Below are positions 17,645 through 28,391 of a stretch of 64,000 bases of DNA, piece by piece. How positions within the stretch are numbered: position 1 is the first letter of the stretch; every line of letters starts with the position of its first letter. The notes beneath the pieces are model-generated. The model did not search any database. It had not been told where the DNA came from and was given only the letters and a program-made list of their open reading frames with translations. Origin of the DNA: a virus (lineage: Duplodnaviria; Heunggongvirae; Uroviricota; Caudoviricetes); IMG/VR virus record IMGVR_UViG_3300001605_000025, positions 1 through 64,000 of that record; one strand, 5' to 3'. The position numbers and the translations under genes were made by a program.

Positions 17645-18513
17645 TCAGCAAGTACTTTAGTTCTGGTTATTCAGATCGTCCGATGGAGAAGAAGGATATC
17701 ATACGGGAGCTTGTGTATCTCCAGGCTGATGAGATGCTGCCAATGAAACAGGCAGTTGTTCAGAAGCCTATTGGAGTTCTTGACTTTAAGTACGATATTC
17801 CTAAGATCACTAGGATCGCATCTCAGAAGATTGAGGAAGGGACTCGTTCTGATAGGAAACGCATGGAGTTCTGGCAGAAAGCTGTTAGCCTGGATAAGTA
17901 TCAGACAACCGTAACGATTACGGATGAAGCGAAGGTTCGACAGCTCGGTAACACCCAGACCTCGATGACTATCGATGCGGTAGCTCGTGGTATGGCTTAC
18001 GATATTGATACTGAGATTATGAATGCTCTTATTGCAGCGACTCCAACTGCAACTGCAGCAACTGCATCAGCGAAATGGAATCTATCGTCAGCATCTCCAG
18101 GGTACGATATTGCAAGCGTTCTATCGAAAATCTTCGATAACACGAACATTATGGAACAGGACCTTTCGAATGTTCAGGTGTATGTTCCGGCAAGTGTCTG
18201 GCCGTTCCTGAAATTCCCGAAGGATGTCGGATTGCTGTACACTTCCGTTAAGGACTTTATCGAGAAACAACAGGCTGTGACAATGTATCTGAGTAGAAAG
18301 TTGACTAATGGAGCTCTCGTAGTTCTTCCAGGTCAGCAGACTGCACATCACTTGACGTATAACGGAACCGAAGTCCCGACTGCTGAGAATCAGCGTGAGA
18401 TTGGTGTTGGTGAAGAGTACGTCATTACTAGGTACTACAAGACTGTTGTCATTCCGGATACTGTTTACGGAACAACTACTTCTCGGCTTGGTTGGATTTC
18501 CGTTGTTGCATAA
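17641..18513 (+). CDS. major capsid protein (HK97-like, inferred)
   Basis: Track ORF 17599 trimmed to the ATG that overlaps the upstream stop (ATGA). About 290 aa, in the expected position. Confidence 0.5.
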   Translation: MISKYFSSGYSDRPMEKKDIIRELVYLQADEMLPMKQAVVQKPIGVLDFKYDIPKITRIASQKIEEGTRSDRKRMEFWQKAVSLDKYQTTVTITDEAKVRQLGNTQTSMTIDAVARGMAYDIDTEIMNALIAATPTATAATASAKWNLSSASPGYDIASVLSKIFDNTNIMEQDLSNVQVYVPASVWPFLKFPKDVGLLYTSVKDFIEKQQAVTMYLSRKLTNGALVVLPGQQTAHHLTYNGTEVPTAENQREIGVGEEYVITRYYKTVVIPDTVYGTTTSRLGWISVVA

Positions 18514-18522
18514 GGTGTTCAG

Positions 18523-18939
18523 ATGACTGTCAACTTATCTGCACTTCTTTTTAGAGTGCGATCGATGGTAGCGGAGATCGACATCCGTAATATGGATGAT
18601 CTCGAGATGTTCCGTGAAGTCCAGAAAGCGTACTACTTTATAGAGAAGATTAAAAGTTCGACAGTTACTGATACTGATCTGGAGGTACCAATTATTTGTT
18701 TAGCAGCGTACTACAGTCATGTGAACTATACGTTACTAAACGCCAGACAGATTGGAACGATCGACGAGACTGTTATTATCAGACAGCAAGAGCTAAAAAA
18801 GATAGCTCGTGCAATGCTTCAAACGATCACTGAGAATGTAATCGCTGAAGACTTAAGTATTGATAACAGTAGATATGCTGAAGTTGGTGGTATAGGCTTC
18901 TCGTTAACACGAGGTGTACTTGATGATACACGTTTCTGA
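18523..18939 (+). CDS. head-tail connector/adaptor
   Basis: Synteny. Confidence 0.35.
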   Translation: MTVNLSALLFRVRSMVAEIDIRNMDDLEMFREVQKAYYFIEKIKSSTVTDTDLEVPIICLAAYYSHVNYTLLNARQIGTIDETVIIRQQELKKIARAMLQTITENVIAEDLSIDNSRYAEVGGIGFSLTRGVLDDTRF

Positions 18940-19366
18940 GTTCTGGACTAGTAAGTACGGTCAGGCAGCACTTGATGGTATCCAGTCTAGAGGATCTCAG
19001 TACTGGGCTAACAATATTTACCGGTATTATAAACAGGATACTGGTAAGTTAGGCCAGGCTTGTGATATCACTGTCGAGGATGGTATAGTTATCATCGGTA
19101 TGAAGCCTATATACGGTATTCAGCGCGATGGAACGATTCATGAATACGGTCAGGATATAATGAACGGTATTAGACCTGGACCCGGAAAGTATAATCCGGT
19201 AAGGGGTGTTCGTATCAAGACTGGGTACTATCCAGGTGTTTCCGTTACTAAGTTTTGGGAACCGTGGTTAGCTGAATTCGAACCAGCTATGCTGGAGATT
19301 GTTCGAGAGGAAGTGTCATCAAATTTGAGAGACTTCATAACTGAACAATTCAAACAGGGTGCTTAA
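18923..19366 (+). CDS. head closure / tail completion protein
   Basis: ATG preceded by SD GAGGTG. Assigned by synteny. Confidence 0.35.
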   Translation: MIHVSEFWTSKYGQAALDGIQSRGSQYWANNIYRYYKQDTGKLGQACDITVEDGIVIIGMKPIYGIQRDGTIHEYGQDIMNGIRPGPGKYNPVRGVRIKTGYYPGVSVTKFWEPWLAEFEPAMLEIVREEVSSNLRDFITEQFKQGA

Positions 19367-19367
19367 T

Positions 19368-19727
19368 ATGGTTACATCGTTCAACGAACTGTACGATAAA
19401 GTTGTTTCGTATGGATACGATGTTTCGAGAGAGATCGAGGAACATCTAGATATTGGTACGATTTGGATGGAGTTCACAAATTGTGATCTGAAAGTTGAAT
19501 CTATCGATAATTCTTCATACATATCGACTAACGTTGTAACGTTCTACTGGATTGAACGTGATCCAGGAGTGATTGTAACTAATATTGCTGCATTTCTGAC
19601 TAAACTAGGTACAGACAAATGGTCAGAGAACCGATTCGTGTTTAAACGATCAGGTTGTAAGCGAGTCGGTCAAACCTATCGTGTGTTTGTACCAGTTGAA
19701 TGGGTAGAAGTAATTACTCTACCATAG
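19368..19727 (+). CDS. tail completion/neck protein
   Basis: Synteny. Confidence 0.35.
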   Translation: MVTSFNELYDKVVSYGYDVSREIEEHLDIGTIWMEFTNCDLKVESIDNSSYISTNVVTFYWIERDPGVIVTNIAAFLTKLGTDKWSENRFVFKRSGCKRVGQTYRVFVPVEWVEVITLP

Positions 19728-19738
19728 GAGGAATTTAA

Positions 19739-20713
19739 ATGGGACGATATGTAAAAATCTCAACTGAGACTGAATCAACATTTGGTAACGGCACTGCAAT
19801 GCTTGCTGTTGCTAAGTTCACACCAATTCGTGTGAAGAGTATATCGAACCCTGTTGATCGTGGTCTTCTGATTGAAGAGAACATTGAAGGGTATATCCCT
19901 ACTGCTGCATATGGTGGTGCTCTGAAACTTTCCGGAACACTGGAAGGTAATCTTAGACCTAAGCAGATGGAGAACTTGATTTACTCGTTAATGGGTGCAT
20001 CGGCGGCAACGGCTGCTGGGATCCTGACGGGTATAGTCTATACGATGGCGAATCCGTTAAGTATTCAGATGAAAATTGGTGAGTCAACCACAGCAGCGAC
20101 TACCGATCTGGAACTTGGCTACATGGGTGCTGCCGTTAAGACGTTCAACATGAATGTTGCTGCGAAGGAATTCGTAACTGCACGTTTCGACTGGTTCGCT
20201 AAGAACTATACAGCTGCAAGTCCGTATAGTCCTCCAGCTTCGGGAGACTATTCAGATGAAGAACCAATTGTGTTCTATAATGCTAGTGTATCATTCGATG
20301 GTGTCGACACGAGTGCTAAGATTAAGAACATGACGATAAACATCGACCGGAAAGTTGATGAGGAACGGTATGTTATCGGAGACTACACGTTGACTGAAAT
20401 TGGTATCAACGGTATGAATGAGGTTACAGGAGACATCACGTTTACAGAACATGAGTACGGTATCTTTAGACAGGCGTTATTCGGTGCAACCACTGCATCG
20501 ACACTTGGTTGCGATGATGCTGTCGGAACAGCAGCATTCTTAGCACAATTTACGGATATTGCAGTGTGTGGTGCTGAAGCAGTTAAGATGTATGTTGAGT
20601 TCGGATCGATTAAATTCGCATCTACCGACACTACAATTAATGGTCAGAACGAGATTGAGAAGAAAGTTTCATACCGTGCCGTTGGGTACTTCGGTATCGG
20701 TGTTGCTACCTAA
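19739..20713 (+). CDS. major tail (tube) protein
   Basis: SD AGGAGG. 324 aa, located before the chaperone and tape measure genes. Confidence 0.5.
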   Translation: MGRYVKISTETESTFGNGTAMLAVAKFTPIRVKSISNPVDRGLLIEENIEGYIPTAAYGGALKLSGTLEGNLRPKQMENLIYSLMGASAATAAGILTGIVYTMANPLSIQMKIGESTTAATTDLELGYMGAAVKTFNMNVAAKEFVTARFDWFAKNYTAASPYSPPASGDYSDEEPIVFYNASVSFDGVDTSAKIKNMTINIDRKVDEERYVIGDYTLTEIGINGMNEVTGDITFTEHEYGIFRQALFGATTASTLGCDDAVGTAAFLAQFTDIAVCGAEAVKMYVEFGSIKFASTDTTINGQNEIEKKVSYRAVGYFGIGVAT

Positions 20714-20734
20714 GATGGTTAGTGGTGATGGACG

Positions 20735-21109
20735 ATGACAACGTTAAATATTAAAACTGCAAATGGAATCTATGAGGTTCGGAAACCAGCTGGAAAGCTT
20801 GGTGCTAGAAATATGATCATCCTGTCGAAGCTGGCGAATGTTCAGCCGATAAAAGTGAATGTGGAGAATGAAGATCCAGCTTTTGTTGAAAAAGTTCGAC
20901 AGATGAATAACGCTAAACAGATGGAAGCCTTCGGGAATGTCTTCGAAGAGTGGTCTGATAAGATCTTACCAACGATTGTTGTTAAGGGACCCTTTACGTA
21001 CGAAGAGATGCCTGGAGAGGACCAGCTGGCTATATTCCTTGCGTTGACACAAGAGACTCAGGTGACGGAAGAATTCTTTCAGATCTTGCCCGCCGAGCCT
21101 AGTGTATAA
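20735..21109 (+). CDS. tail assembly chaperone
   Basis: 124 aa, acidic, between the tail tube and tape measure genes. Confidence 0.4.
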   Translation: MTTLNIKTANGIYEVRKPAGKLGARNMIILSKLANVQPIKVNVENEDPAFVEKVRQMNNAKQMEAFGNVFEEWSDKILPTIVVKGPFTYEEMPGEDQLAIFLALTQETQVTEEFFQILPAEPSV

Positions 21110-21264
21110 CCTTGGAACATTAGCGTTCTTTACTGGGTCCCGACCCTCCGCTTTTTTCGAGTGGAACGATCCAGACGACTGGGCCGAACGACTAACGTTT
21201 GATAGTTTAGTAATGAACACTGCAATGCCAGAGCTAATAAATAAAATTATTGGAGGGGATTCCA

Positions 21265-24200
21265 ATGGCAGATCGTGAAATTATTGAGTACGAAATAGTA
21301 ATGGATGATACCCAACTAGTAGAGACGGAACGGAGAGTGAAGGAACTTCGTGGAATGCTTGAAGATGTCCGGAAAGGTGTTACTGTTAATATGACTGTAC
21401 CGGATATCGAGAAGGAACTGAAAGCTCGTGTTGCTGCTATAAATAGCTATATTAAGGGTAGTATTAAAATCGACGATATGTTCGATAGACGATTTGACAG
21501 AAATGCTGCTCGTTCTGTAGGTGATGATGTTGGTAAGCAAGTTGCAAAAGGAATGACTGAAGCAATACGAAGTGCCTTAAATAAATTCACACCTGATACT
21601 GATGTTAATCTCGAGAAGCATATTGCTGATCCCCTCCAGCAAAAGACTATTCGTGAAACGTTAACACCTAGTAAAACAAAGACATCACAACTTGTAGCAT
21701 CGAAACGTGAATCGTTAGCTAACATTAAACAGTCTATTACTGCCCTACAAAATCTAACCGCTGAACAGAAATCAGAGCTATCAAAGCGAAATAAAGAGAT
21801 CGACAGACTGTATAGTGATGAGGAACGGGCTGATAACGAGTTTATTGATCAGTTAACTGATGCTGAAGAGCGTCATGATCAAGTTATTAAAGACTTATCA
21901 GTTCAGATGAAAAAGCCACGGTCTGAACTGAAAGATGAAGGCTTCTATATTAAAGGGAAGTTCGTAAAGACTGGATTCGGATCACATAGGGACGTATTGG
22001 AACCCACACCATTAGTTACTCCAGCTAGTAAAGAGTATGGAAAAGGCATCGGAGCTCAACAGAAGATACCAGAACCAGGTCCTGTTCCGTCTAGATTACC
22101 GTCTCGTGACAGGTTTAAGACGAATGAAGAGTTTCTACTGGCGTTAAGAAAGGCCCGTGAGTTTTATATTACTCAGACGTTTAAGGAGATCTTTGGACGT
22201 GGAGCGATAGATACTAAGGCTTTAAGTAGGATGACAAAGGAGCAGCTAGCAATTACGACTAATGAGAATGCACCACGGAAGCCGAGATTAGATAAACAGA
22301 TCGAAACTGAGTTAAAGTTACTGTTTAACGATCCGAAGTATACTGTTAAGTTAAATGAGATATTAAAACAAGCTGAGACGAATGAACTTGGTGCTATACA
22401 AGAAATTAGATCTATTATAGAGTATGAACGTGGTAAAGTTGACGATATAATGCCCTATAATAGGATTAAACAGTGGAAGGATAGACTAAAGTCTACTGAA
22501 CCGGAGGATACTGGAAAACGTGAATATCATCAGGTAGTTCCGAGACATCAGGCGTATGATCCATTGTGGCACAAAAGGGCAGGACGGACAGTAGAACGTA
22601 CTGTATCAGCTGAACCGGTTGATCAGTTGACTGATAAGTTTGTGCGACAGAAAGACGTTAAGTATGATACGATATCTAAGATACAACGGAGGATGCGTGG
22701 TATTAATAAACTAGCTGATCAGTTGTATACTGTAATTCAGGACGCACAGACGTTATCACCTAAGTTTTATGCTGCACTAAATACTAGACAGCCTAAACCG
22801 ATTAGTAAGCATGCTTTATCACCAAAATTGGAAGCTATGCTAGAGGTAGAAGCTGAAAGACAGTTAGCTCCACAACGAGAAGTTCAGAGAGCTCCCGCTA
22901 CATTAGTTGCGTTTACTGGACATCGTCCAAATAAACTTGGTGGATATGATGAGACAACACAACCAGTTAGAGATATTAAAGCCGGACTAGTAGACTCTAT
23001 ACGGACTGCTATTGCCAGTGGAACGAAACATTTCATATCAGGAATGGCACTTGGTGCTGATATGTGGGCTGCAGAGGCAGTACTCGAACTTAAAAAGGAG
23101 TTCCCTGATATTAAGTTAACAGCAGCTGTTCCATTTAAAGGTCAAGAACGTCAGTGGCCTAAACCAGTACAAGAACGTTATAGTAAAATATTAAGTCAGG
23201 CTGATACTGTTAAGTATATCTCAGATGAAAAGTCAAAACTAAGTATATCTCAGATGATGCAGAAGCGTAACCAGTGGATGGTTGATCAAGCCGACAAGAT
23301 GATTGCCGTATTTAGCGGATCTGCTGGAGGAACTGCAAACACTATCAGAGCTGCTAAGAAACGTGGAATACCGGTAGAAAATGTGCTTGAAAATTTGAAA
23401 CAACCTGAACAAGCGAGAACAGAGACAGTTCGGGAGGCTAAGAAGACGTTAGGTCCTCAGTATGTTCCACCTGTTGTACCAACGACTATTGAGCAGACTG
23501 AGAAAGTTGTTAAGCCTGTCGAGAAAGCGATTCAGAAGCCGGTAACTGAAAAGCAGGTGGGTCCAGATGCGTTCGCTAAAATAGCTGATGCGATTAATAA
23601 TCAGTTGACGATCCAATCTGGACCCGGACTTACTCCTGAACAGTTAACTAAGCATATAGACTGGATGGGACTTGGAAAGGAAATTGGTACTGGGTTTGAA
23701 CCAAATCCTATTAATCTGAAACCGATTCAGGAAGCTATGGAACGGGTACTAAACGCTGAACCGCCAAAATTATTAACAGCAGGTAAACCAACTGAAGTGC
23801 CTGATAAGGTAACATTGTATCGTGGGGGAGCACGTAAGAAAGAAGATAGTGATATAGAATCTACAAGTAATTGGTTCACAGATGAGCTGGAACGTGCACG
23901 CGGATACGCAGCTATGCGGACTATGGCGTCTGAAGGAGAAAATAAAGTTCCAGCGATTAAAACAATTAGTGTTCCATCTAGTTTACTAAAAACGTTAAAA
24001 GATGTTGGGTCACATAGTCCGGGACATGAATTCCAGTTACCACCGGAAATTGCTAAACGTGCAGAAACTGCCCCAGACTTACTGAAAGGTCCGATCACTA
24101 TATATGGTAAGACACCAACAGTTAAAATGCAACAGGCTTACGATTCGTTAGTTGATAAGGTAATTCAACCAATAAAGACTGGGATTGATACATTTAATAA

Positions 24201-27200
24201 TCGATCAACTGAGATACCAGCTGAATCGGGAACGAAGTATTTCAAGAATGCCCCAAAGAGTCAACGATTTGAAGACTCATTAAGTGGACTAGATCGTAAA
24301 GAGTATATGCAAGAATCTCAAGAAGGACTTGATGCGTTACATAATGAAATGAATAATATGACCTGGGAGCAGAGTGGTGAAGTAAATAAAGTAAAAGATG
24401 TACAGAAGAAACGTCAGGACTTAATTGATTTTGTTAAGAATGCTGGTGTAAAAATTGGTCTCGATATCGATGAAACGATTCAAAGTATGAACGTGTTCTC
24501 GATTATGTTTGGTGAAGAGAGCAAGGGATTCTTAGATCCTGAATATATGAATAAGAATTACGAACAGTGGTTTGAGAAGCTAAATAAACTAAGCCCGATA
24601 TATAGTGATATACAAAAGTTCCTCGGGAATAAATCCGTACTGATAACAGCTAGACCAAATCTAGTGGGACTTCACGATAAAGCACAACAAATCGGTAAGC
24701 AGTTCGGAGCTATAGCAACGTTCGCAGTTGAGAATACGAAAGAGAAGGCTAAACTGATTAAGGAACTAGGACTAGAAACGTATTACGATGAGGATACGTT
24801 ACAAGTTACCAAATTACAGAAGGAGCTTGATGCAATAGGTGCAACGACTAAAGTTATGCAGTCTGATTTTGGTGTTGCAAGAGAGAAAGGTGAACTACCA
24901 AATGTTAAGCGTATGGCTGAACAAGCTACAGCTAAACCGGTAACTAGTCCTGTTAAGACTGAATTACCAACAGCTCCGGCACAGAAACCAACTAGGAATA
25001 CGATAGCTGATACGTTAAAGGGAATGGTAATAAACGGTGGTGCGTTAGGTGGTGCTGGACTTGGATTCCTTGGTGGGATGACACTTGGACCGTTACCTGC
25101 AGTCTTTACAGGTTGGTTAGGTGCTAACATTGGGATGTGGGTTGACCGGGTAATCAAGAGTGGTCAACTGAAACAGTCGATTGCGAATCTGTTCAATAAG
25201 ACACCAGTTGTTGAGATTCCACCTACTGTTGTTGAGAAGACAACTCAGGTTGCTACTGGAATTAGTGACGCAATGGCTGGGATGTTAGAACGTTCGACGT
25301 TCCAGGCACAGAAAGTTATACGTGATAAGTTTGCATCTGTTGATAAGAACGGCGGAACGTTAACGATTGAAGAGGCTCCTGGTGCAGAACCTGCTTATCC
25401 TGGTGCAGCTGTTCCAAATGTTCCGTATGTGAATCCTGCTCTCGTTACTAGAGTTGAAGGAAGCGTAACGGGTATAGTTACAGCAATGACTACAGCATCG
25501 AGAGATATAGCGACCGCTGGTGGAAAGGTAGCTGGACAGATACAAGTTCTTGGGATGGAGGACTTCGGAAGTCTTGGTGGTAGTATAAAGGAAGCTGCAC
25601 AGAAAGGTGTTCAAGCTGTTCAGGAGAAAATGCCACGATTAGGATCGTCTGAACGTCCATATACCGGTGGTATTCGTTGGCAGAAGTTCTTAGACGGAAC
25701 GTTGTTTACGGATCAGAAAGCTTATGAGGAAGCAGTTGCAGCGAAGATTGATGAGTCAATTAAGTTCCAGGTTGACACGCTACGTGAGATGACTGGACTA
25801 TCGTTAGAAGCAGCAACAACGTTACGAAAGGATCTAGCTGCTATAATTAAGCCATCTCGTATGAAGATGTCTACGTTAATTGGTAGAGCTAAGGCGTATA
25901 TCGAGACTAAAGGGGCAACTGGAACTACTCCTGAGGCACTGAAGGAGTTTGCAACTGGTGAGGAGAAGATATTTGAACGATCTCATCCTGCAATGAAGAA
26001 TCTAGTTCCTGAGGACGTTACACCGTATCAGAGAATGTTTGGACAGGACTACACAATTAAACTGTCATTCCTAGATTATGATGAGTTCATGGCTGCAGCT
26101 GAGACTGTAAGACAGTTACCTGGATGGACTAGTACCGCGACTAAGGAATTCGAACGGTATGGTCAGCTCGGAACTAATGTTCTACATACGATGAAAGTTA
26201 CCGGACATATACCTGGTGGAAAGGAGATTGGGGGACGGATTGAACAGGTACGGACAGCTACCGAAACGTTAGCAACTGGACCATCGGCTATAACTGAAAG
26301 AAGTCAGTTAGAGATTGGAGATAAACGACTGAACTTACAGGAACGGATGAACTTAGCTGCGATGTATCTGGATAAACTGAACTGGAAGCTTGTACGCGGA
26401 CAGATGGCTCTATTAGGTATCGCATTCTCGATGATGGGTGCAATCAAGATGATCCAGAAGGCCTGGTCGACTGTAACAACTAGTATGTCGAATCTACCTG
26501 ATATATTTAAGAATATCGGTATGGCGATGGCATTCGGACCAGCTAACGCACAGGGATTCCTACGGACTATGCTTGGATCGAGTAACCAGATTGTTGGATC
26601 CTGGAAGAAGTTCACCGGTTATACAGCAACGTTAAACTCGATGCTTGCGTACTTTGCATTCCGTTTACTACAGGATACACGTGTAATCTTTGCGATCGAT
26701 CGATTGGTAGAGAAGATTATAGGACTACTGTCCGATCAGGCATTCTTAGATAAGATCTTCGGATTAATAGCTAACATTATCGATGCGTTACCTGGTGCAG
26801 TTGATTGGATCGTTAGTATGGTAACATGGTTAATGGGAATTTTAGAGACTCCAGGGATGAAGGATGTTCTAAAATGGGCTCTCGCTATGGGATTAGCAGC
26901 TCAGTTCCTGATGACCCCGTTAGCATTGTTAGGTGGTGCCGTACAGTTCTTGGGTTGGGCAGTTAGTGCACTAGCAGCTATACTAGCAACTGTACAAGCA
27001 GGATGGACTCTACTATTGGGACAGTTAATGGGAGCGCCAGCTGCATTAACTCAGGTTGTTGCCGGAATAGCTGGTGGAATCGTTCTTGGACTAGCTGCAG
27101 TCTGGTTACTCGTTAAGATGGGAATCATCGATGCAGTAGTTAAGATCGGTGAAGAGTTCCAGAAGAACTTCCCTGATATAATGGCTATACTGAGGATAGT

Positions 27201-28389
27201 TCTATCTCCGTTAGCGTTACTTGGTGGAATAATTCTTGAACTCGTTACAACAGGAGTTCAAGTATTCTGGGATACCTTACGTATTCTATTTGATAGAGGA
27301 GCAATAGATGCTGGAATATATCTGTTACAGGGTTTACTCTATTTAGTCGGTAGGATTGCTAACGTGATAGCGACAGTTCTAGTTGGTGTCATATCATCGG
27401 TTATGCAACTAGTAGTTAAAGCTATTATCAGTAACATAGGATTGATTCCGGGTGTTGGATCATTCCTATCAGCTATGGGATGGGATGCTAAAACTATCAA
27501 TGCTGAAATTGGTAAGGTAGCTACATCATTAACGGGTGGTATTGGATCGTTAGTAGATCAGTTCTTGAGACCTGCTAGTTATGGGATCAGCTCATTACCT
27601 GGAAGAGCTAGAGGCGGAAAGGTAGTTGCTGGAACACCCGTTATCGTTGGTGAAGAAGGACCTGAGGTGTTTGTACCAAGTGGATCTGGAGATATAATTC
27701 CGAATCATATGACTGGATATGCCGACGGTACAGTTGATGCTATAAGTCTTGAGGCGTCAGCAGAGAAGATCGAGAAAGGAGGATCTGATATTGTATACGG
27801 AGCCGAGGCATATAAACGTATAATGGAAGAACACCGTTCTAAGAATTTCGATATGATGAATCGGTTAATTGGTAATGTCGATCGGATATTCTGGGATGTA
27901 TCAACGGGAACGAATCAACAGATCGGAATGACGAACCCGAACGTACCTGTTACCGGTGATAAGGATTATACACGACATAGAGAACAATTCCTAAGTGCTA
28001 GAACACAGGAAGAAGTTCGTGCTATGCCAAGTGGATTCAGCGGACGATATACTGAACTTGTTCAACCTATTGCTAGTGCTGTGACTAGTATAGCAACCGG
28101 GATACATCAATCATACAGTAGTCTAGAAGAAGTTCTAAGATTACGCAAGTCGTTATCATCTATGGGACCGTTAGCGACTCCAGTGTATCCACATCTAGCA
28201 TCTGGTGGGTTTGTTATGCAGACTGGTGCTGCGGTTGTACATAAAGGAGAACGTATAATACCTGCTGAAGAAGCTTCAGTACAATCCGTTCAGGTTACTA
28301 ACTACGTTACGGCTACCGTCAATAATAAGACTGATGAGAAGTATCTGTTAGAGTTAATGGGTAGAAAGTATTACAGTGGAGCGTATTAA
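21265..28389 (+). CDS. tape measure protein (2374 aa) with embedded YpsA/SLOG(DUF1273)-like domain
   Basis: Coiled-coil N-terminal half, hydrophobic glycine-zipper segments, and the C-terminal VIVGEEGPEVFVP motif typical of tape measure proteins. Track ORF 21250 uses TTG; the ATG at 21265 follows SD GGAGGGG. Confidence 0.85.
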   Translation: MADREIIEYEIVMDDTQLVETERRVKELRGMLEDVRKGVTVNMTVPDIEKELKARVAAINSYIKGSIKIDDMFDRRFDRNAARSVGDDVGKQVAKGMTEAIRSALNKFTPDTDVNLEKHIADPLQQKTIRETLTPSKTKTSQLVASKRESLANIKQSITALQNLTAEQKSELSKRNKEIDRLYSDEERADNEFIDQLTDAEERHDQVIKDLSVQMKKPRSELKDEGFYIKGKFVKTGFGSHRDVLEPTPLVTPASKEYGKGIGAQQKIPEPGPVPSRLPSRDRFKTNEEFLLALRKAREFYITQTFKEIFGRGAIDTKALSRMTKEQLAITTNENAPRKPRLDKQIETELKLLFNDPKYTVKLNEILKQAETNELGAIQEIRSIIEYERGKVDDIMPYNRIKQWKDRLKSTEPEDTGKREYHQVVPRHQAYDPLWHKRAGRTVERTVSAEPVDQLTDKFVRQKDVKYDTISKIQRRMRGINKLADQLYTVIQDAQTLSPKFYAALNTRQPKPISKHALSPKLEAMLEVEAERQLAPQREVQRAPATLVAFTGHRPNKLGGYDETTQPVRDIKAGLVDSIRTAIASGTKHFISGMALGADMWAAEAVLELKKEFPDIKLTAAVPFKGQERQWPKPVQERYSKILSQADTVKYISDEKSKLSISQMMQKRNQWMVDQADKMIAVFSGSAGGTANTIRAAKKRGIPVENVLENLKQPEQARTETVREAKKTLGPQYVPPVVPTTIEQTEKVVKPVEKAIQKPVTEKQVGPDAFAKIADAINNQLTIQSGPGLTPEQLTKHIDWMGLGKEIGTGFEPNPINLKPIQEAMERVLNAEPPKLLTAGKPTEVPDKVTLYRGGARKKEDSDIESTSNWFTDELERARGYAAMRTMASEGENKVPAIKTISVPSSLLKTLKDVGSHSPGHEFQLPPEIAKRAETAPDLLKGPITIYGKTPTVKMQQAYDSLVDKVIQPIKTGIDTFNNRSTEIPAESGTKYFKNAPKSQRFEDSLSGLDRKEYMQESQEGLDALHNEMNNMTWEQSGEVNKVKDVQKKRQDLIDFVKNAGVKIGLDIDETIQSMNVFSIMFGEESKGFLDPEYMNKNYEQWFEKLNKLSPIYSDIQKFLGNKSVLITARPNLVGLHDKAQQIGKQFGAIATFAVENTKEKAKLIKELGLETYYDEDTLQVTKLQKELDAIGATTKVMQSDFGVAREKGELPNVKRMAEQATAKPVTSPVKTELPTAPAQKPTRNTIADTLKGMVINGGALGGAGLGFLGGMTLGPLPAVFTGWLGANIGMWVDRVIKSGQLKQSIANLFNKTPVVEIPPTVVEKTTQVATGISDAMAGMLERSTFQAQKVIRDKFASVDKNGGTLTIEEAPGAEPAYPGAAVPNVPYVNPALVTRVEGSVTGIVTAMTTASRDIATAGGKVAGQIQVLGMEDFGSLGGSIKEAAQKGVQAVQEKMPRLGSSERPYTGGIRWQKFLDGTLFTDQKAYEEAVAAKIDESIKFQVDTLREMTGLSLEAATTLRKDLAAIIKPSRMKMSTLIGRAKAYIETKGATGTTPEALKEFATGEEKIFERSHPAMKNLVPEDVTPYQRMFGQDYTIKLSFLDYDEFMAAAETVRQLPGWTSTATKEFERYGQLGTNVLHTMKVTGHIPGGKEIGGRIEQVRTATETLATGPSAITERSQLEIGDKRLNLQERMNLAAMYLDKLNWKLVRGQMALLGIAFSMMGAIKMIQKAWSTVTTSMSNLPDIFKNIGMAMAFGPANAQGFLRTMLGSSNQIVGSWKKFTGYTATLNSMLAYFAFRLLQDTRVIFAIDRLVEKIIGLLSDQAFLDKIFGLIANIIDALPGAVDWIVSMVTWLMGILETPGMKDVLKWALAMGLAAQFLMTPLALLGGAVQFLGWAVSALAAILATVQAGWTLLLGQLMGAPAALTQVVAGIAGGIVLGLAAVWLLVKMGIIDAVVKIGEEFQKNFPDIMAILRIVLSPLALLGGIILELVTTGVQVFWDTLRILFDRGAIDAGIYLLQGLLYLVGRIANVIATVLVGVISSVMQLVVKAIISNIGLIPGVGSFLSAMGWDAKTINAEIGKVATSLTGGIGSLVDQFLRPASYGISSLPGRARGGKVVAGTPVIVGEEGPEVFVPSGSGDIIPNHMTGYADGTVDAISLEASAEKIEKGGSDIVYGAEAYKRIMEEHRSKNFDMMNRLIGNVDRIFWDVSTGTNQQIGMTNPNVPVTGDKDYTRHREQFLSARTQEEVRAMPSGFSGRYTELVQPIASAVTSIATGIHQSYSSLEEVLRLRKSLSSMGPLATPVYPHLASGGFVMQTGAAVVHKGERIIPAEEASVQSVQVTNYVTATVNNKTDEKYLLELMGRKYYSGAY

Positions 28390-28391
28390 TC

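Noticed and set aside
20966-21265. Minus-strand 99-aa ORF spanning the chaperone-tape measure junction
   Set aside because: Antisense to the chaperone gene and the intergenic spacer. No SD.
23727-26615. Minus-strand ORFs 23727..24098, 24783..25157, 25360..25614, 26304..26615
   Set aside because: Antisense shadows inside the tape measure gene. Their translations are low-complexity.
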